Source: Planctomycetota bacterium (GTDB taxonomy: Bacteria > Planctomycetota > JAJSAM01 > JAJVHW01). Taken from it: a stretch of 64,000 bases of DNA. The DNA is taken from contig CBDFJG010000004.1 of assembly GCA_965248445.1 (NCBI GenBank), forward strand, positions 960,001 to 1,024,000, written 5' to 3'. This document shows positions 1-10,333 of this stretch, piece after piece. Made by a program: the position numbers and the translations under genes. Position 1 is the first letter of the stretch. Each line of letters begins with the position of its first letter. The notes beneath the pieces are model-generated. The model saw nothing but the letters and a program-made list of their open reading frames with translations, had not been told where the DNA came from and searched no databases.

Positions 1-73
1 CGGCGTCCGCGGGGGAACCGATCGTGGCGACGGCCAGAACTGCGAGAGCGATGGTGTGTGGGAGCAGGCGCAT
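1..73 (-). CDS. Secreted protein, N-terminal fragment (runs off the window start)
   Basis: ATG at 73 reads MRLLPHTIALAVLAVATIGSPADA, a signal peptide ending in AxA; TAGGAT -10-like hexamer 7 nt upstream. Confidence 0.6.
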   Translation of the reverse strand, partial: MRLLPHTIALAVLAVATIGSPADA

Positions 74-126
74 TCGGCGGATCCTAGGACTCCCGCGCGG
101 TCGGACACCGGGCGAAAATGTTCACT

Positions 127-162
127 GGGCGCAGTACAGGCACGGGGCGCAGTACAGGCACG
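127..162. repeat. Perfect 18-bp tandem duplication (GGGCGCAGTACAGGCACG x2) between divergent genes
   Basis: Read directly: 127-144 equals 145-162. Confidence 0.9.
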
Positions 163-179
163 CACGGTACGGTCACGGG

Positions 180-1016
180 ATGTCACCTGCTCCCCGGCTC
201 GGTCTGGCTCTCGGCGGCGGCTCCGCGCGCGGCTTCGCGCACATCGGCGTCGTCCAGGTGCTGGTCGAGGAGCGGATCCCGATCGACTTCATTGCCGGGA
301 CCAGCATCGGCGCGATCGTGGGCGGCCTGCACGCCGCGGGCACGCTCGCCGATCACACCGACCGGCTGCTCGGCTACAAGATGGCCCAGATCTTCGCGCT
401 CTTCTCGCCGACGATCTCGCGCACGGGTCTCTTCCACGGCAAGAAGATCGTCGCCACGCTGCGCGAGATGACCGGTCGCGCGAACATCGACGATCTGGAC
501 ATCGGCTTCACAGCCGTCGCGACCGACGCCGACAGCGGCGAGGAGGTCCGTATCTCGGATGGCGACCTCGTCGATGCGATGCGCGCGAGCTTCGCGATAC
601 CCGGCGTCTTCTCACCGCAACTCCGGAACGGGCGCTGGCTGGTGGACGGTGGCGTCGTCTCGCCGGTGCCGGTGGGTGCCGCGCGCGACCTCGGCGCGGA
701 CTGCGTCGTCGCTGTCAGCCTGATCAACCGTGCCGACGAGCATGTCGTGGACACGGCGACCGATCCGGAGCACGTGGCGGGGCCCGCGCCCAAGATGGTC
801 CCCGCCGTCGTGCGCTCGTTCAACTGGATGCAGGCGAAGCTCGCGGAGTTGCAGATGACTGCGCAGCCGCCGGACGTGATCATCGAGCCGCAGCTCGGGA
901 AGTTCGGACTGTTCGACTACATGCGCGGACAGGAGCTGATCGAGATCGGGCGGCAGGCGACGACGGCGGCGCTTCCGCAAATCCGCGCTGCGCTCTCAGC
1001 GCGCGATCCGTCGTAG
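180..1016 (+). CDS. Patatin-like phospholipase (RssA/NTE family)
   Basis: GGGSARG oxyanion motif, GTSIG nucleophile elbow, DGG motif; start taken at ATG 180. Confidence 0.92.
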   Translation: MSPAPRLGLALGGGSARGFAHIGVVQVLVEERIPIDFIAGTSIGAIVGGLHAAGTLADHTDRLLGYKMAQIFALFSPTISRTGLFHGKKIVATLREMTGRANIDDLDIGFTAVATDADSGEEVRISDGDLVDAMRASFAIPGVFSPQLRNGRWLVDGGVVSPVPVGAARDLGADCVVAVSLINRADEHVVDTATDPEHVAGPAPKMVPAVVRSFNWMQAKLAELQMTAQPPDVIIEPQLGKFGLFDYMRGQELIEIGRQATTAALPQIRAALSARDPS

Positions 1017-2159
1017 CCGCCGGGCGCCCTCCTCGAGGGTCTCCATCCGCTTGCAGAACGCGAAGCGAGCGAGGAAGCGGCCGCGCTCCTTGCGCTCGTA
1101 GAACGCCGTCGGCGGGATGGCGGCGACCCCGATCTCCTCGACGAGGTGCTTGCAGAACGCGATGTCGTCGTCGAAGCCGAGTGGCCGGATGTCCACCATC
1201 ACGAAGTACGTCCCCTCGGGTGCCGTGACGCCGAAGCCGACGTCGCGCAGCACGTCCACCAGATAGTCGCGGCGACGCCGATACGCGGCGAGGAACTCGT
1301 CGAAGTACGCATCCGGCGCGCGCAGCGCCTCGCTCATGGCGTGCTGGAACGGTGTCGCCACGGCGAACGTCACGAACTGGTGCGCGGTCGCGATGGCCTT
1401 CGCGAGTTCCGCGGGTGCGGTCACGTAGCCGATCTTCCAGCCCGTCAGCGAGAACGTCTTCCCGGTCGAATTGATCGTCACCGTGCGCTCGCGCATTCCG
1501 GGCAGCGTGGCCATGGGGATGTGCTCACCCTCGAACACCAGCCGGTCGTAGACCTCGTCGGTCACGCAGATCACGTCGTGCTCGTGGCAGAGCGCGGCGA
1601 GCGTCTCCATTTCCGCGCGCGTCAGCACACGGCCGGTGGGGTTGTGGGGAGTGTTGAGCAGGAGGATGCGCGTGCGTTCGCTGAACGCTGCGCGCAACTC
1701 GTCTTCGTCCCAGCGGAACTCCGGCGCGTGCAGCGTCACGAAGCGCGGCGTAGCGCCGGCCATCGCCGTGCAAGCGCGGTACGAGTCGTAGTACGGCTCG
1801 AGCATGACGACTTCGTCGCCCGGTTCGCAGAGCGCCATCAGCGCGACGTGGATCGCCTCGGTGGCGCCGGAGGTGACGACGACCTCGGTCAGCGGTTGGT
1901 AGGAGAGGCCGTGGCGCGACTCGATGGTCTCCGAGACGGCTTGCACGAGCGTCGGAGCGCCGGCCATGCGCGCGTACTGGTTGTGCCCGTCCGCGATGGC
2001 GCGCTGCGCGGCGGTGAGGGCGAACTCCGGTCCCCCGAAGTCTGGGAACCCCTGCGAGAGGTTCACGGCCTGGTGCTCGTTCGCGAGCCGCGTCATCTCC
2101 GTGAAGATGGTCGTCCCGAACTCACGCAGCCGCGATGTCAGAGCCGGTCTCTCGCCCAT
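996..2159 (-). CDS. PLP-dependent aminotransferase class I/II (YbdL/DapC-like)
   Basis: NLSQGFPDF, NTPHNPTG, DEVY and STGKTFSLTGWKIG motifs. Confidence 0.92.
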   Translation of the reverse strand: MGERPALTSRLREFGTTIFTEMTRLANEHQAVNLSQGFPDFGGPEFALTAAQRAIADGHNQYARMAGAPTLVQAVSETIESRHGLSYQPLTEVVVTSGATEAIHVALMALCEPGDEVVMLEPYYDSYRACTAMAGATPRFVTLHAPEFRWDEDELRAAFSERTRILLLNTPHNPTGRVLTRAEMETLAALCHEHDVICVTDEVYDRLVFEGEHIPMATLPGMRERTVTINSTGKTFSLTGWKIGYVTAPAELAKAIATAHQFVTFAVATPFQHAMSEALRAPDAYFDEFLAAYRRRRDYLVDVLRDVGFGVTAPEGTYFVMVDIRPLGFDDDIAFCKHLVEEIGVAAIPPTAFYERKERGRFLARFAFCKRMETLEEGARRLRRIAR

Positions 2160-2195
2160 GGATACCTCTCGATAGCGTTAGCGTATCCTCTGCGC

Positions 2196-2519
2196 ATGCG
2201 TGCCGTTGCTTCGGGTCTGATCTGTTCCGCCCTGCTCGTCACTCTCGCGTGCGGGGATGCGCCGGATCCGGTGCCGGCACCGGCAGCCGAGCGCGCAGTG
2301 GCACCCGCTCTCTCACCCGTGGCTGTCACGCGCGCGCCGGTGCCGACGCCGCTGCGGGTGTTCGTCCGGCAGGACTTCCGCCGCGGAGCGCAGCAACTCC
2401 AGGAGCAGCAGCCGTCCCATCGCCGCTTCACGCGAGACGTGTTCGGGTACCCGGACGCGTGGTTGGCCCCGTCCGAGCGCCCGCCTGAGTACGAGGGCGG
2501 TCCGCCGGAGTCGCGGTGA
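2196..2519 (+). CDS. Small hypothetical lipoprotein
   Basis: Hydrophobic N-terminus with TLAC lipobox-like site; stop overlaps the next GTG start. Confidence 0.55.
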   Translation: MRAVASGLICSALLVTLACGDAPDPVPAPAAERAVAPALSPVAVTRAPVPTPLRVFVRQDFRRGAQQLQEQQPSHRRFTRDVFGYPDAWLAPSERPPEYEGGPPESR

Positions 2520-3109
2520 ACCGTCGGACGAACGACGCAGTGTTCGTCGTGTCCGCAGCGCTGATGCTGGCGCTCGGACTCGCCTGCGGTGGAATCGGTG
2601 TGGCGGTGGAGGTGCCGCTCGAGGGCAGCTTCTCCGTCTCGGCGACCGACGCCGACGAGGATGCGGCGGTCGGCGCGGTGCCACCGACCGTGTACGCGTG
2701 GGGCGATGACGAGCACCACGTGATCGTGAAGCGCCGGCCGCGCAAGCAGCCCGACGCGCCTCTCGAGTGGTGGATCCTCACGGTCGAGGGGAGAGTGACG
2801 GACGGCCCGTTCAGCGATGACGAGATCGCCGCCGCGCGCGAGCGGTTGGGCGTCTCCCCGGACCTGGCGCTCGAGGACTGTCTCGACAGCCAGGCGCCGG
2901 CCGACGACGAGGACGTGCATCGGGTTCTGCGTGCGCGCCTGGAGCGATTCGCCGCGAAGGAGCCGTGGCTCCGCGATCGCTCGACGGATCCGGCGCGGAC
3001 GGAGGCCGAGCGCCAACGCTGGCGCAGCGACCTCGAGAGTCTCGAGAATCGCGCAATCAGCACCGAGGAGTTGCTGCGTCGGCTCGGAGGGACGCGGGAC
3101 GACGACTGA
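2516..3109 (+). CDS. Hypothetical membrane-anchored protein
   Basis: N-terminal hydrophobic helix; coupled to the upstream ORF; plausible composition. Confidence 0.6.
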   Translation: MNRRTNDAVFVVSAALMLALGLACGGIGVAVEVPLEGSFSVSATDADEDAAVGAVPPTVYAWGDDEHHVIVKRRPRKQPDAPLEWWILTVEGRVTDGPFSDDEIAAARERLGVSPDLALEDCLDSQAPADDEDVHRVLRARLERFAAKEPWLRDRSTDPARTEAERQRWRSDLESLENRAISTEELLRRLGGTRDDD

Positions 3110-4900
3110 ACCGCGAGTGAGAACGCGGGATCACGCCCATGGTTACGATGGCCGGCCCCATGTCCTCGTTCCGATCGGGTCTCGGCGGTGCTCTGACGCT
3201 TCTGCTCGTGTGCGGCGTTCTGCCGGTTCACGCGCAGGAGGTGAATCGCGATTCGTTCGCGCAGGTGAGGAGCGAGACCGACGTCGACGACCGGGCGGCG
3301 GTGCGCGCGGCACGGCTGCGGCTCGAGCGCAGCGACCCGCTCTTCTGGAAGCAGCCCTGGCCCGCCGGTCGGTTCCGAGCGGCATTGGCCCGCTCGCTCA
3401 CTCCGGTGGAAGCAGGGGCGCAACTGGATCAGGCGTCCGGGGATCCGGACATGATCAAGGACTGCGCGGCCAACCTCGCCGGGCGTGACGACATCGGTGC
3501 GCTGCTCCTCGAGAAAGACCGCGTCGCCGCGCTCATCGCCGCACACATCAGCTCCGCGGTCCGGATTGCAGAGGACGATCTCTACGACGGTCGCCGCGGC
3601 CTCGCGACTCGCCTTCTCTCGGATCCCTCCAGCGCCGAGCGCGCCGTCGAGTCGTTCGTCGTGGGCACGACGCCCGACGGCATTCGTCTTGTCGCGGACG
3701 TGCTCGCCGGAACCGTCGAACTGCCCGCGCCGGCACTCGCCGCGCTCGCCCGGGCGCGACCCATCAACTTCAACCCGCGGCGGCCGAAGCCGCTCGGTGC
3801 GGAGAGGCTCGCGGCTCTACTGGCGGCGCAACCCAATCTGGAAGACCATCTGCTGCGCGTGCTGGCGGCGCAGATCGTGGAGCTGTCGTCGGACGCCGAC
3901 GCCGACACGATCGCGAGCGCGTGGCAGGGCGCACGCTCGGTTGACGCGGACATCGACGACTGGGGTCGCATCGGACGCGACCATGGCGCCGCCGTCACGA
4001 TCGCGAAACTACCGAGTGCCGCTGTCTTGCCGGTCGTGCAGGGGGCGTACTGGGCCGGGCTCATCTCGGCGGAGCGGTCATTCGCGGATGCCGATGAGTC
4101 CGCCGCCTGGGTGGCAGGCGGCTACACGAGCACACCGGACGCACGTGTGCGGGGCGCGCTTCTCCTGAGGCTGCCGGATCTGCACGGCTACCTCGTCGCC
4201 GACGAGCGCCGTAAGCACGCAGTGCCGGCCTGGCGCGAGTTCCTCGAGATGCTTGCAGCCGGCCGCGAAGCCGACCCGCCGGTGCTGCGTCTTCTCGGTC
4301 AACGCACGGGGCGTGCTCTGCTCAACGATCTGTCAGACGACCCGAGCCGCCGCTGGCGGATGCGCGGGCCCGCACTGCCAGTGGCAAAGAAGGACGAACT
4401 CGGCACGTCCGCGATCGGCCGCGCACGTGCGCTGGTCGCGGCCGCAGACGATCCTGCGAAGCTGCTCGAGCAGATCGAGACCGCGCAGCTCGAATCGCAC
4501 GAACCGGACCTTCACTCGATGATCCGTGCGGAGCCCGCTCTCGACGCAGACACGTGCGTCGCTCTGCGCAAGCTCGTCGAGCAGTGTCAAGATCCGCGCG
4601 GCGTGCGGCTCGCGGCGTCCCTGCTCGGTGTCGGCGGCGATCTCGACGACATGGCTTTCGTCATCCGGCGCGCAGATGGACTGGACCTCGACGGTGACTA
4701 CGACGGCTATTGGCTGCCACCCGGCGGACGGCTCGTGATCACGACCGAGGCCCTGCGCCGCACGCTGGAACTCGTTGAGGAGAAGACGATCTCGCCTCTG
4801 GCGCGCTTCGATCTGATGGAGCGTGTCGTCCTCGCTCTCGACTTCGCGCTCGACGATGGTCCACCGCCGGAAACGCTCGCCGTGCTGGGCACGTGGCTAG

Positions 4901-6596
4901 CCTGCATAATTCATCACGCCACGCCCGGAACGTAGATTCGGGCGCACCGCGCATTGCATAAACTGTTGTTAGAGCAATAGTTACACAGATGCGAGAGGTA
5001 CGCCCGAGTGACGAATTCTACCCCACACACTGTCCGGTTTCCCGATCTCTTCGGGAAGGTCACCACGGCCGTGTTCGACGGCGAAGCGCACACGTCCGAG
5101 GGAGGCGCGGGACTGCTGCGCGCGGTGGACCGTCGAATGGGAGTGACCGCAGGTCTGGCTGCGCTGTTGGTGGATCGTCGTGACCCGACGCGGGTGCAGC
5201 ACTCGTTGGAGGAGCTCTTTCGGCAGCGCGTCTTCTCGATCGGCCTGGGCTACAGCGACCAGAACGACGCGGCTCGCGTGGGCACCGACCCGATGCTCAA
5301 GGGGGTCACGGGCCGCGCGCCGATCAAGGGCGCCGACCTGGCGTCTCAGGCGACGCTGTCGCGCTTCGAGAACGCGGTCACGGCGCACGAGCTCGTGGCC
5401 TTGTCGCGCAAGCTCGAGGAGGACGTGATCGAGCGTCTTTGCGCTCGCCACCGGGGGGCCCGGCGCATCACGATCGACATGGACCCGAGCTGTGACCCGA
5501 CCCACGGTGCACAGCAGGGAGCGCTCTTCAACGGCTTCTACGACACGTGGTGCTACCTGCCGGTTTTCGGCTTCCTCACGGTCGACGGCGATCCGGAGCA
5601 GTACCTTTTCTGTGCGCGGCTGCGGCCGGGCAACGCGAAGGAGGGCCGCACGTCGCTGCGGACGATCCGCCGGATGGTGAAGCGACTTCGGCGTGCGTTT
5701 CCGCGCACGCAGATCCTCGTGCGCCTGGACAGCGGCTTCGCCGGCTCGCGGCTCTTCGACGCGCTGGACGAACTCGGCGTGAAGTACGTGGTCGGGATGC
5801 CCAAGAACAAGCGGCTCCTGGATCTGTGCGACGCCGAGATGACAGCGGCTGCGGTGCTGGCGGCGATGGAAGACAAGACGGCGCAGATCTACGGCGACTG
5901 CGAGTACCGGGCGAAGAGCTGGAGCAGGTCCCGCCGCGTGGTCTTCAAGGCGCAAGTGCTGGTCGCCACCGGGAAGGTGAACAAGGACAACGCGCGCTTC
6001 GTGGTCACCAACGTCTCGCGCAGCTACAAGCCCGAGACGACCTACTGCAAGACCTACTGCGGTCGCGGCGACGCCGAGAACCGCATCAAGGAACTCAAGG
6101 GTGGCCTGGCGGTGGATCGCACGAGCAACTCGAGCTTCCTGGCGAACCAGTTCCGCGTGCTGATGACCGCGGCGGCCTACGTACTCTTCCAGGAGTTACG
6201 CTACCAGTTGCGCGGCACCACGGCCGCAGTCTGGCAGGTGCACACGATCCGCGAACGGCTGCTCAAGATCGGCGCCCGCGTCGTGGAATCGGTGCGCCGC
6301 GTCGTCGTGCATCTCGCGGCGGCCTGCCCATGGCGCGAGCTGTGGTGCCGCGTCGCGCGAAGGCTCGGCGCTGCGCCGGTCTGAGCGCAGCCGATGGCCA
6401 GAAGAACGACACGCTTCCGGCTACCGGTCCGTCCAGACCTCGTCCGCGCGGCGGCAAATGGACTTGAACGCCCCCTCGGAACGAAGATCCCGCCGTCCGA
6501 GACCCCGCCGACCTCGGTGAACGCCGCAAGTCGAGCGCCCGGGCGCTCGGACCGGCCGAGGGACGCCATCGCGAGCGTCGTCATGAATAGTGCGGG
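4901..6596 (+). mobile_element. IS1380-family insertion sequence (element 1)
   Basis: Terminal IRs CCTGCATAATTCATCACG / CCCGCACTATTCATGACG (14/18); CTAG direct repeats at 4897-4900 and 6597-6600. Confidence 0.9.
5008..6384 (+). CDS. IS1380-family DDE transposase
   Basis: TSEGG, ASQATLSRFEN, IDMD, HGAQQG..FNGFY, RLDSGF and Y..RG.AEN.IKE motifs. Confidence 0.95.
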   Translation: MTNSTPHTVRFPDLFGKVTTAVFDGEAHTSEGGAGLLRAVDRRMGVTAGLAALLVDRRDPTRVQHSLEELFRQRVFSIGLGYSDQNDAARVGTDPMLKGVTGRAPIKGADLASQATLSRFENAVTAHELVALSRKLEEDVIERLCARHRGARRITIDMDPSCDPTHGAQQGALFNGFYDTWCYLPVFGFLTVDGDPEQYLFCARLRPGNAKEGRTSLRTIRRMVKRLRRAFPRTQILVRLDSGFAGSRLFDALDELGVKYVVGMPKNKRLLDLCDAEMTAAAVLAAMEDKTAQIYGDCEYRAKSWSRSRRVVFKAQVLVATGKVNKDNARFVVTNVSRSYKPETTYCKTYCGRGDAENRIKELKGGLAVDRTSNSSFLANQFRVLMTAAAYVLFQELRYQLRGTTAAVWQVHTIRERLLKIGARVVESVRRVVVHLAAACPWRELWCRVARRLGAAPV

Positions 6597-6773
6597 CTAG
6601 AGACCGTCGCGCCGACGCTCGACGGGGGACTGGCCGAGTACGTGCTCGAAGCGTTCCGCGACTTCGCGTTCGAGAACGAGGAGTGGGCGGAACTCGATGT
6701 GCCGGTCCGCCTCGGGATCGAGGCCATGCCCGGCGGCGGGCCGCAGCTGCGGCTGCTGTCCGGCGACTGAGTC

Positions 6774-7703
6774 TCAGCTCGCGCGGCGCACCGCGGCGCG
6801 CGCAACAACGCTGATCAGGTCGCCTACGACGACGAGCGCTGCGCCGAGCAGGACGAAGAAGAACATCTCGTCCTGCCGCTGGCCCGCTCGCGCCTCGTTG
6901 ATGACGGCGCCGAGCGAGATCATGCCGAGCAGCCCGAGCACGGTGGCCTCCCGGACGCACGTCTCCCAGCGGTAGAAGAAGAAGAGCAGGAAGCGGTTGA
7001 GCGTCTCGGGGATCAGCGCGAAGAGCGCGATCTGCCTGCGCGACGCGCCGAGTCCGCGCAGCGCGGCGGGGCGGGCCGGCGGGACGTTCTCGATCACCTC
7101 GGCTTGCAGGCGGCCGACGATGCCGGCGTTGTGCAGTGCGAGCGCGATGACCGCGGGCCACGCAGTCACACCCAGCATGCGCACCAGCAGGAACGCCCAC
7201 ACGTACTCTGGAACGGCGCGCAGGAACACGAATAGCCCGCGCGTCACGAACACGACCGCGCCCCACGCCAGGCGGGCCGGGCGCGTCGCCCGTCGCGGAT
7301 CGCGCAGGTACGGGTCGGGACGGGCCACGGTGCGCGCAGCCGGGAGCGCGAGCACAGCGCCGACGATCCCCGCGAGACAGATTGCCACGACGGAGATGTG
7401 GAACGTGCGTGTCAGCGCCTCCCACCCGGGTTCGCGCGTCAGCCGTGCGGCCCAGTCGAATGCGACGCCCCAGTCCCAGTCCTTGCCCTGCAGCGGATAG
7501 GGAACGAGTTCGCCGAGGAAGCGGTCGATATTCGTCAGGTTCCTGTCCGAGAACGCGCTGAGCAGGTCCAGTTCGCCCGAGAGGAAACTCCAGCTCCACG
7601 CGTACGCGGTGAGCGCGGCCAGCGCAATCAGGCTGCGCCGCAAGAACGTGTCCCTAATGCGCCCGCGGTGCAGGTCGGTGATCCGCGCGGTTCGGTCGGT
7701 CAT
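6774..7703 (-). CDS. phnE: PhnE/PtxC-family ABC transporter permease
   Basis: Multiple TM helices, LRAVPE, EAA-like loop, YRWETCVREATVLG; ATG 7703 overlaps the upstream stop. Confidence 0.88.
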   Translation of the reverse strand: MTDRTARITDLHRGRIRDTFLRRSLIALAALTAYAWSWSFLSGELDLLSAFSDRNLTNIDRFLGELVPYPLQGKDWDWGVAFDWAARLTREPGWEALTRTFHISVVAICLAGIVGAVLALPAARTVARPDPYLRDPRRATRPARLAWGAVVFVTRGLFVFLRAVPEYVWAFLLVRMLGVTAWPAVIALALHNAGIVGRLQAEVIENVPPARPAALRGLGASRRQIALFALIPETLNRFLLFFFYRWETCVREATVLGLLGMISLGAVINEARAGQRQDEMFFFVLLGAALVVVGDLISVVARAAVRRAS

Positions 7704-8599
7704 GCGACGAACCTCCGCCGCAGCCGTCCGCTCCACCACTCGAGTAGCAACACGATGGCGCAGAGCGTGTAGAGGTAGGTCCACACCTCGCCGTAGTGGT
7801 TCTCGGACCACGACGCGGAGATGAACTTGCCGAGTGTCTCCGGACCGAAGAACCCGAGCACCGCCGCGGAACGCACGGCGCACTCGAGGCGGTAGAAGGC
7901 GTACGACGCGAGATCGGGCGCGGCGCGGGGGAGCAGTCCGAACACGAAAGCCTGCGAACGCGTCGCGCCGGTCCCCTGGAGCGCGAGCGCCGCGGCGGGA
8001 TCTGCCTCGTCGAGCATTTCGGAGAAGACCTTCGCCAGCGTTCCCGCGTAGGGGATCGCGATCGCGATCACCGCCGCGAGGTTCGTCGTGCCCATCGCGG
8101 CGAGCAGCAGGATCGCCCAGAGGAGCTCGTGGACGGACCGCAGCACCGCGATCAGTCCGCGCGTGCCGATGAACAGCGTCGTGACGATCACCCGCACCAG
8201 CGGCGAACGGATACGCGCCGGATCTCCCCGCCACAGCGATCTCGACGCAAGGAACCCGAGCGGCACGGCGCCGATCACCGCGAGGGACATCGCCATCACC
8301 GCGAGCATCACGGTCCGGTGCGCTCCTTCGAGCGCCTTCCAGATGAGCGGCGGCGCGTTCTCGCGTCCGTAGACCGACTCGTAGTCGAGAGCCGGGGTGA
8401 TCGCACGGCTCACGAACTCGCCGAGGGTGCGGAGATCGCGCGCCCGCGGCAGAAGTCCGTCACCAGGCAGCAGATCCGTCGCCGCCAGCCCCAGGTGAGT
8501 GAACGAGTAGACGCCGACCGCGGCGACCGCGAGAAGGACTCCGCTGCGCGCGGTCAGGAACCGGCCGGCCGCCTCACGCGCCATCGGCGAGGAGCTCAC
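7700..8599 (-). CDS. phnE: PhnE/PtxC-family ABC transporter permease
   Basis: LRSVHELLWA and YRLECAVRSAAVLG motifs; alternative start ATG 8584. Confidence 0.88.
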   Translation of the reverse strand: MSSSPMAREAAGRFLTARSGVLLAVAAVGVYSFTHLGLAATDLLPGDGLLPRARDLRTLGEFVSRAITPALDYESVYGRENAPPLIWKALEGAHRTVMLAVMAMSLAVIGAVPLGFLASRSLWRGDPARIRSPLVRVIVTTLFIGTRGLIAVLRSVHELLWAILLLAAMGTTNLAAVIAIAIPYAGTLAKVFSEMLDEADPAAALALQGTGATRSQAFVFGLLPRAAPDLASYAFYRLECAVRSAAVLGFFGPETLGKFISASWSENHYGEVWTYLYTLCAIVLLLEWWSGRLRRRFVA

Positions 8600-9332
8600 C
8601 GCGGTCGAGCTCGTACAACTCGTGGAACGTTGCGTCGGGGATGTCGCCGGTCGGTGCGTCGAACACCACGCGCCCCGCGCGTAGCCCGACCAGGCGGGGG
8701 AAGAAGGCGCGGGCGAGATTGAGATCGTGCAGCGACACGACGAGCGTCAGTCCGTCCTCCCGCGACAGCTCGGTCAGCAAGCGGACCGTGTCCTTTGCGC
8801 GCGCGGGGTCGACGCTCGAGACCGGCTCGTCGGCGAGCAGCACGGACGGCGACTGGAACAGTGCTCGCGCGATCGCGACGCGCTGCTGCTGGCCGCCGGA
8901 CAAGCGGTCCGTTCGCTCGTAGAGCTTCTCGGGGATTCCGACGCGTTCGAGCAGTGCGTGCGCACGGTCGACGTCCTCGTGCTTCGGCTTGAGCAGCGCG
9001 CGGAGTGTGCCGCCGAACGAGAGCGAACCCAGTCGCCCGGCGAGGACGTTCTGGAGCACCCGCAGGTTGGGCACGAGGCCGAGGTCCTGCGGCACGAAGC
9101 CGATCGTCGACCGCGTGCGGCGCAGCTCCTCCCGTGACAGCCGGCCGAGGTGCTTGCCGTGGGCCACGATGCAACCCTCGGTCGGGCGGATCGTCCCGTT
9201 CAGGACGCGCAGGAGCGTCGTCTTGCCCGAGCCGCTCGGGCCGACGAGGGCAAGAGCCTCGCCGGCCGCGACGTGCAGCGACACGTCATCGACCGCAATC
9301 GTGGAAGGATGGACGACGGATACGTCGTCCAC
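8574..9332 (-). CDS. phnC: PhnC-family ABC transporter ATP-binding protein
   Basis: GPSGSGKT, LSGGQQQRVAIARAL, LADEPVSSVDP, NVLAGRLG. Confidence 0.92.
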   Translation of the reverse strand: MDDVSVVHPSTIAVDDVSLHVAAGEALALVGPSGSGKTTLLRVLNGTIRPTEGCIVAHGKHLGRLSREELRRTRSTIGFVPQDLGLVPNLRVLQNVLAGRLGSLSFGGTLRALLKPKHEDVDRAHALLERVGIPEKLYERTDRLSGGQQQRVAIARALFQSPSVLLADEPVSSVDPARAKDTVRLLTELSREDGLTLVVSLHDLNLARAFFPRLVGLRAGRVVFDAPTGDIPDATFHELYELDRGELLADGA

Positions 9333-9361
9333 CTCCAGCGAGCCGACGACGCCGCCGTTGC

Positions 9362-10252
9362 TCAGCGCTTCATCTCCGGGCGCATCATCCCGAGCTCGAC
9401 TGCCGTGTCCTTGATCTTGTCGAAGTCTGCGTTCTTCGCCTCGATCAGGGACGTGCGCGCGAACGCGGAGAGGAGCTTCTCGTCGGTGATCCCGATCAGC
9501 GCCTTCTGCAGCCGGTCGGTGAATCCGGCACCGAACATCTCGTCGACGTCCGGACGCACGGTCATGTTGTAGTCCGCGTAATCCGGCGTCTTCCAGATGA
9601 CGACGCAGTTGTCCGCCTTGCCCTCCTTCTTCAGCTTGTCGAACGTCTTGTAGGAGAGCGCGCCGACCTTGATGGCGGTGCCGTCATTGACGGCGGCGAC
9701 GGTCTGCGGGTGCGAACCCGAGAACGCCGGCGGCGCGGCGAAGAAGTCCTTCGGTGCTTTCCCAGTCGCCTGGCGAATGAAGTACTCGGGCATCAGGCGG
9801 CCGGACGTCGAACTCTCCGAGCCGAACGTGAACGCGAACACTTGCATCCCGGCCGGGAAGGACTCGCTTGCCGTGAGGCCCGTGTCCTTGTGCGCGATGA
9901 AGTACGAGTAGTAGTTCGGGTCCTCTTTGCCCTGCACGGCCGCGCGGGCACCCGGCACGGCCGCGCGCGCCTGAGCGCCGGTCAGTCCACCGAACCACGC
10001 GAGCTGGATCTGGCCGTTCTTGAACATGTCGACGGACGCCTGGTACTTCTGCGCCGCGACGTACTCGCAGGGCACACCGAGCTGCTCGCTCAGGTACGCG
10101 GCGACCGGGTCGAACTTCGCTTTCAGCTCCGTCTTGTCCTCGCCCGGAATGGCGGAGAACTTCAGAACCGGCTGCTCACTCCCGTCGCCCCCGCATGCCG
10201 CGGTGAACGCCGCGCACGCGGCTACGAGAGTGAGGGTCCTCGCACTTCGCAT
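9362..10252 (-). CDS. phnD: PhnD-family substrate-binding lipoprotein, resembling the putative selenate ABC transporter clade
   Basis: Lipobox TAAC; FSAIP, LAWFGGLTGAQAR, FTFGSESSTSGRLMP, FSGSH; SD GAGGAG at 10266-10261. Confidence 0.85.
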   Translation of the reverse strand: MRSARTLTLVAACAAFTAACGGDGSEQPVLKFSAIPGEDKTELKAKFDPVAAYLSEQLGVPCEYVAAQKYQASVDMFKNGQIQLAWFGGLTGAQARAAVPGARAAVQGKEDPNYYSYFIAHKDTGLTASESFPAGMQVFAFTFGSESSTSGRLMPEYFIRQATGKAPKDFFAAPPAFSGSHPQTVAAVNDGTAIKVGALSYKTFDKLKKEGKADNCVVIWKTPDYADYNMTVRPDVDEMFGAGFTDRLQKALIGITDEKLLSAFARTSLIEAKNADFDKIKDTAVELGMMRPEMKR

Positions 10253-10333
10253 CGAGTCGTCTCCTCAAGATCGTGGACAAGGATCGGGCCGGTGGCTGAA
10301 TCGGCACGGCGCGTCACGGCTCGCGCGGCAGGA

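Larger units (their letters stand above)
3139..6770 (+). pseudogene. Secreted helical hypothetical protein (about 643 aa) interrupted by IS1380 near its 3' end
   Basis: Signal peptide; removing 4901-6600 joins GTWL in frame to ETVAPTLDGG...LLSGD with a stop at 6768-6770. Confidence 0.8.
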
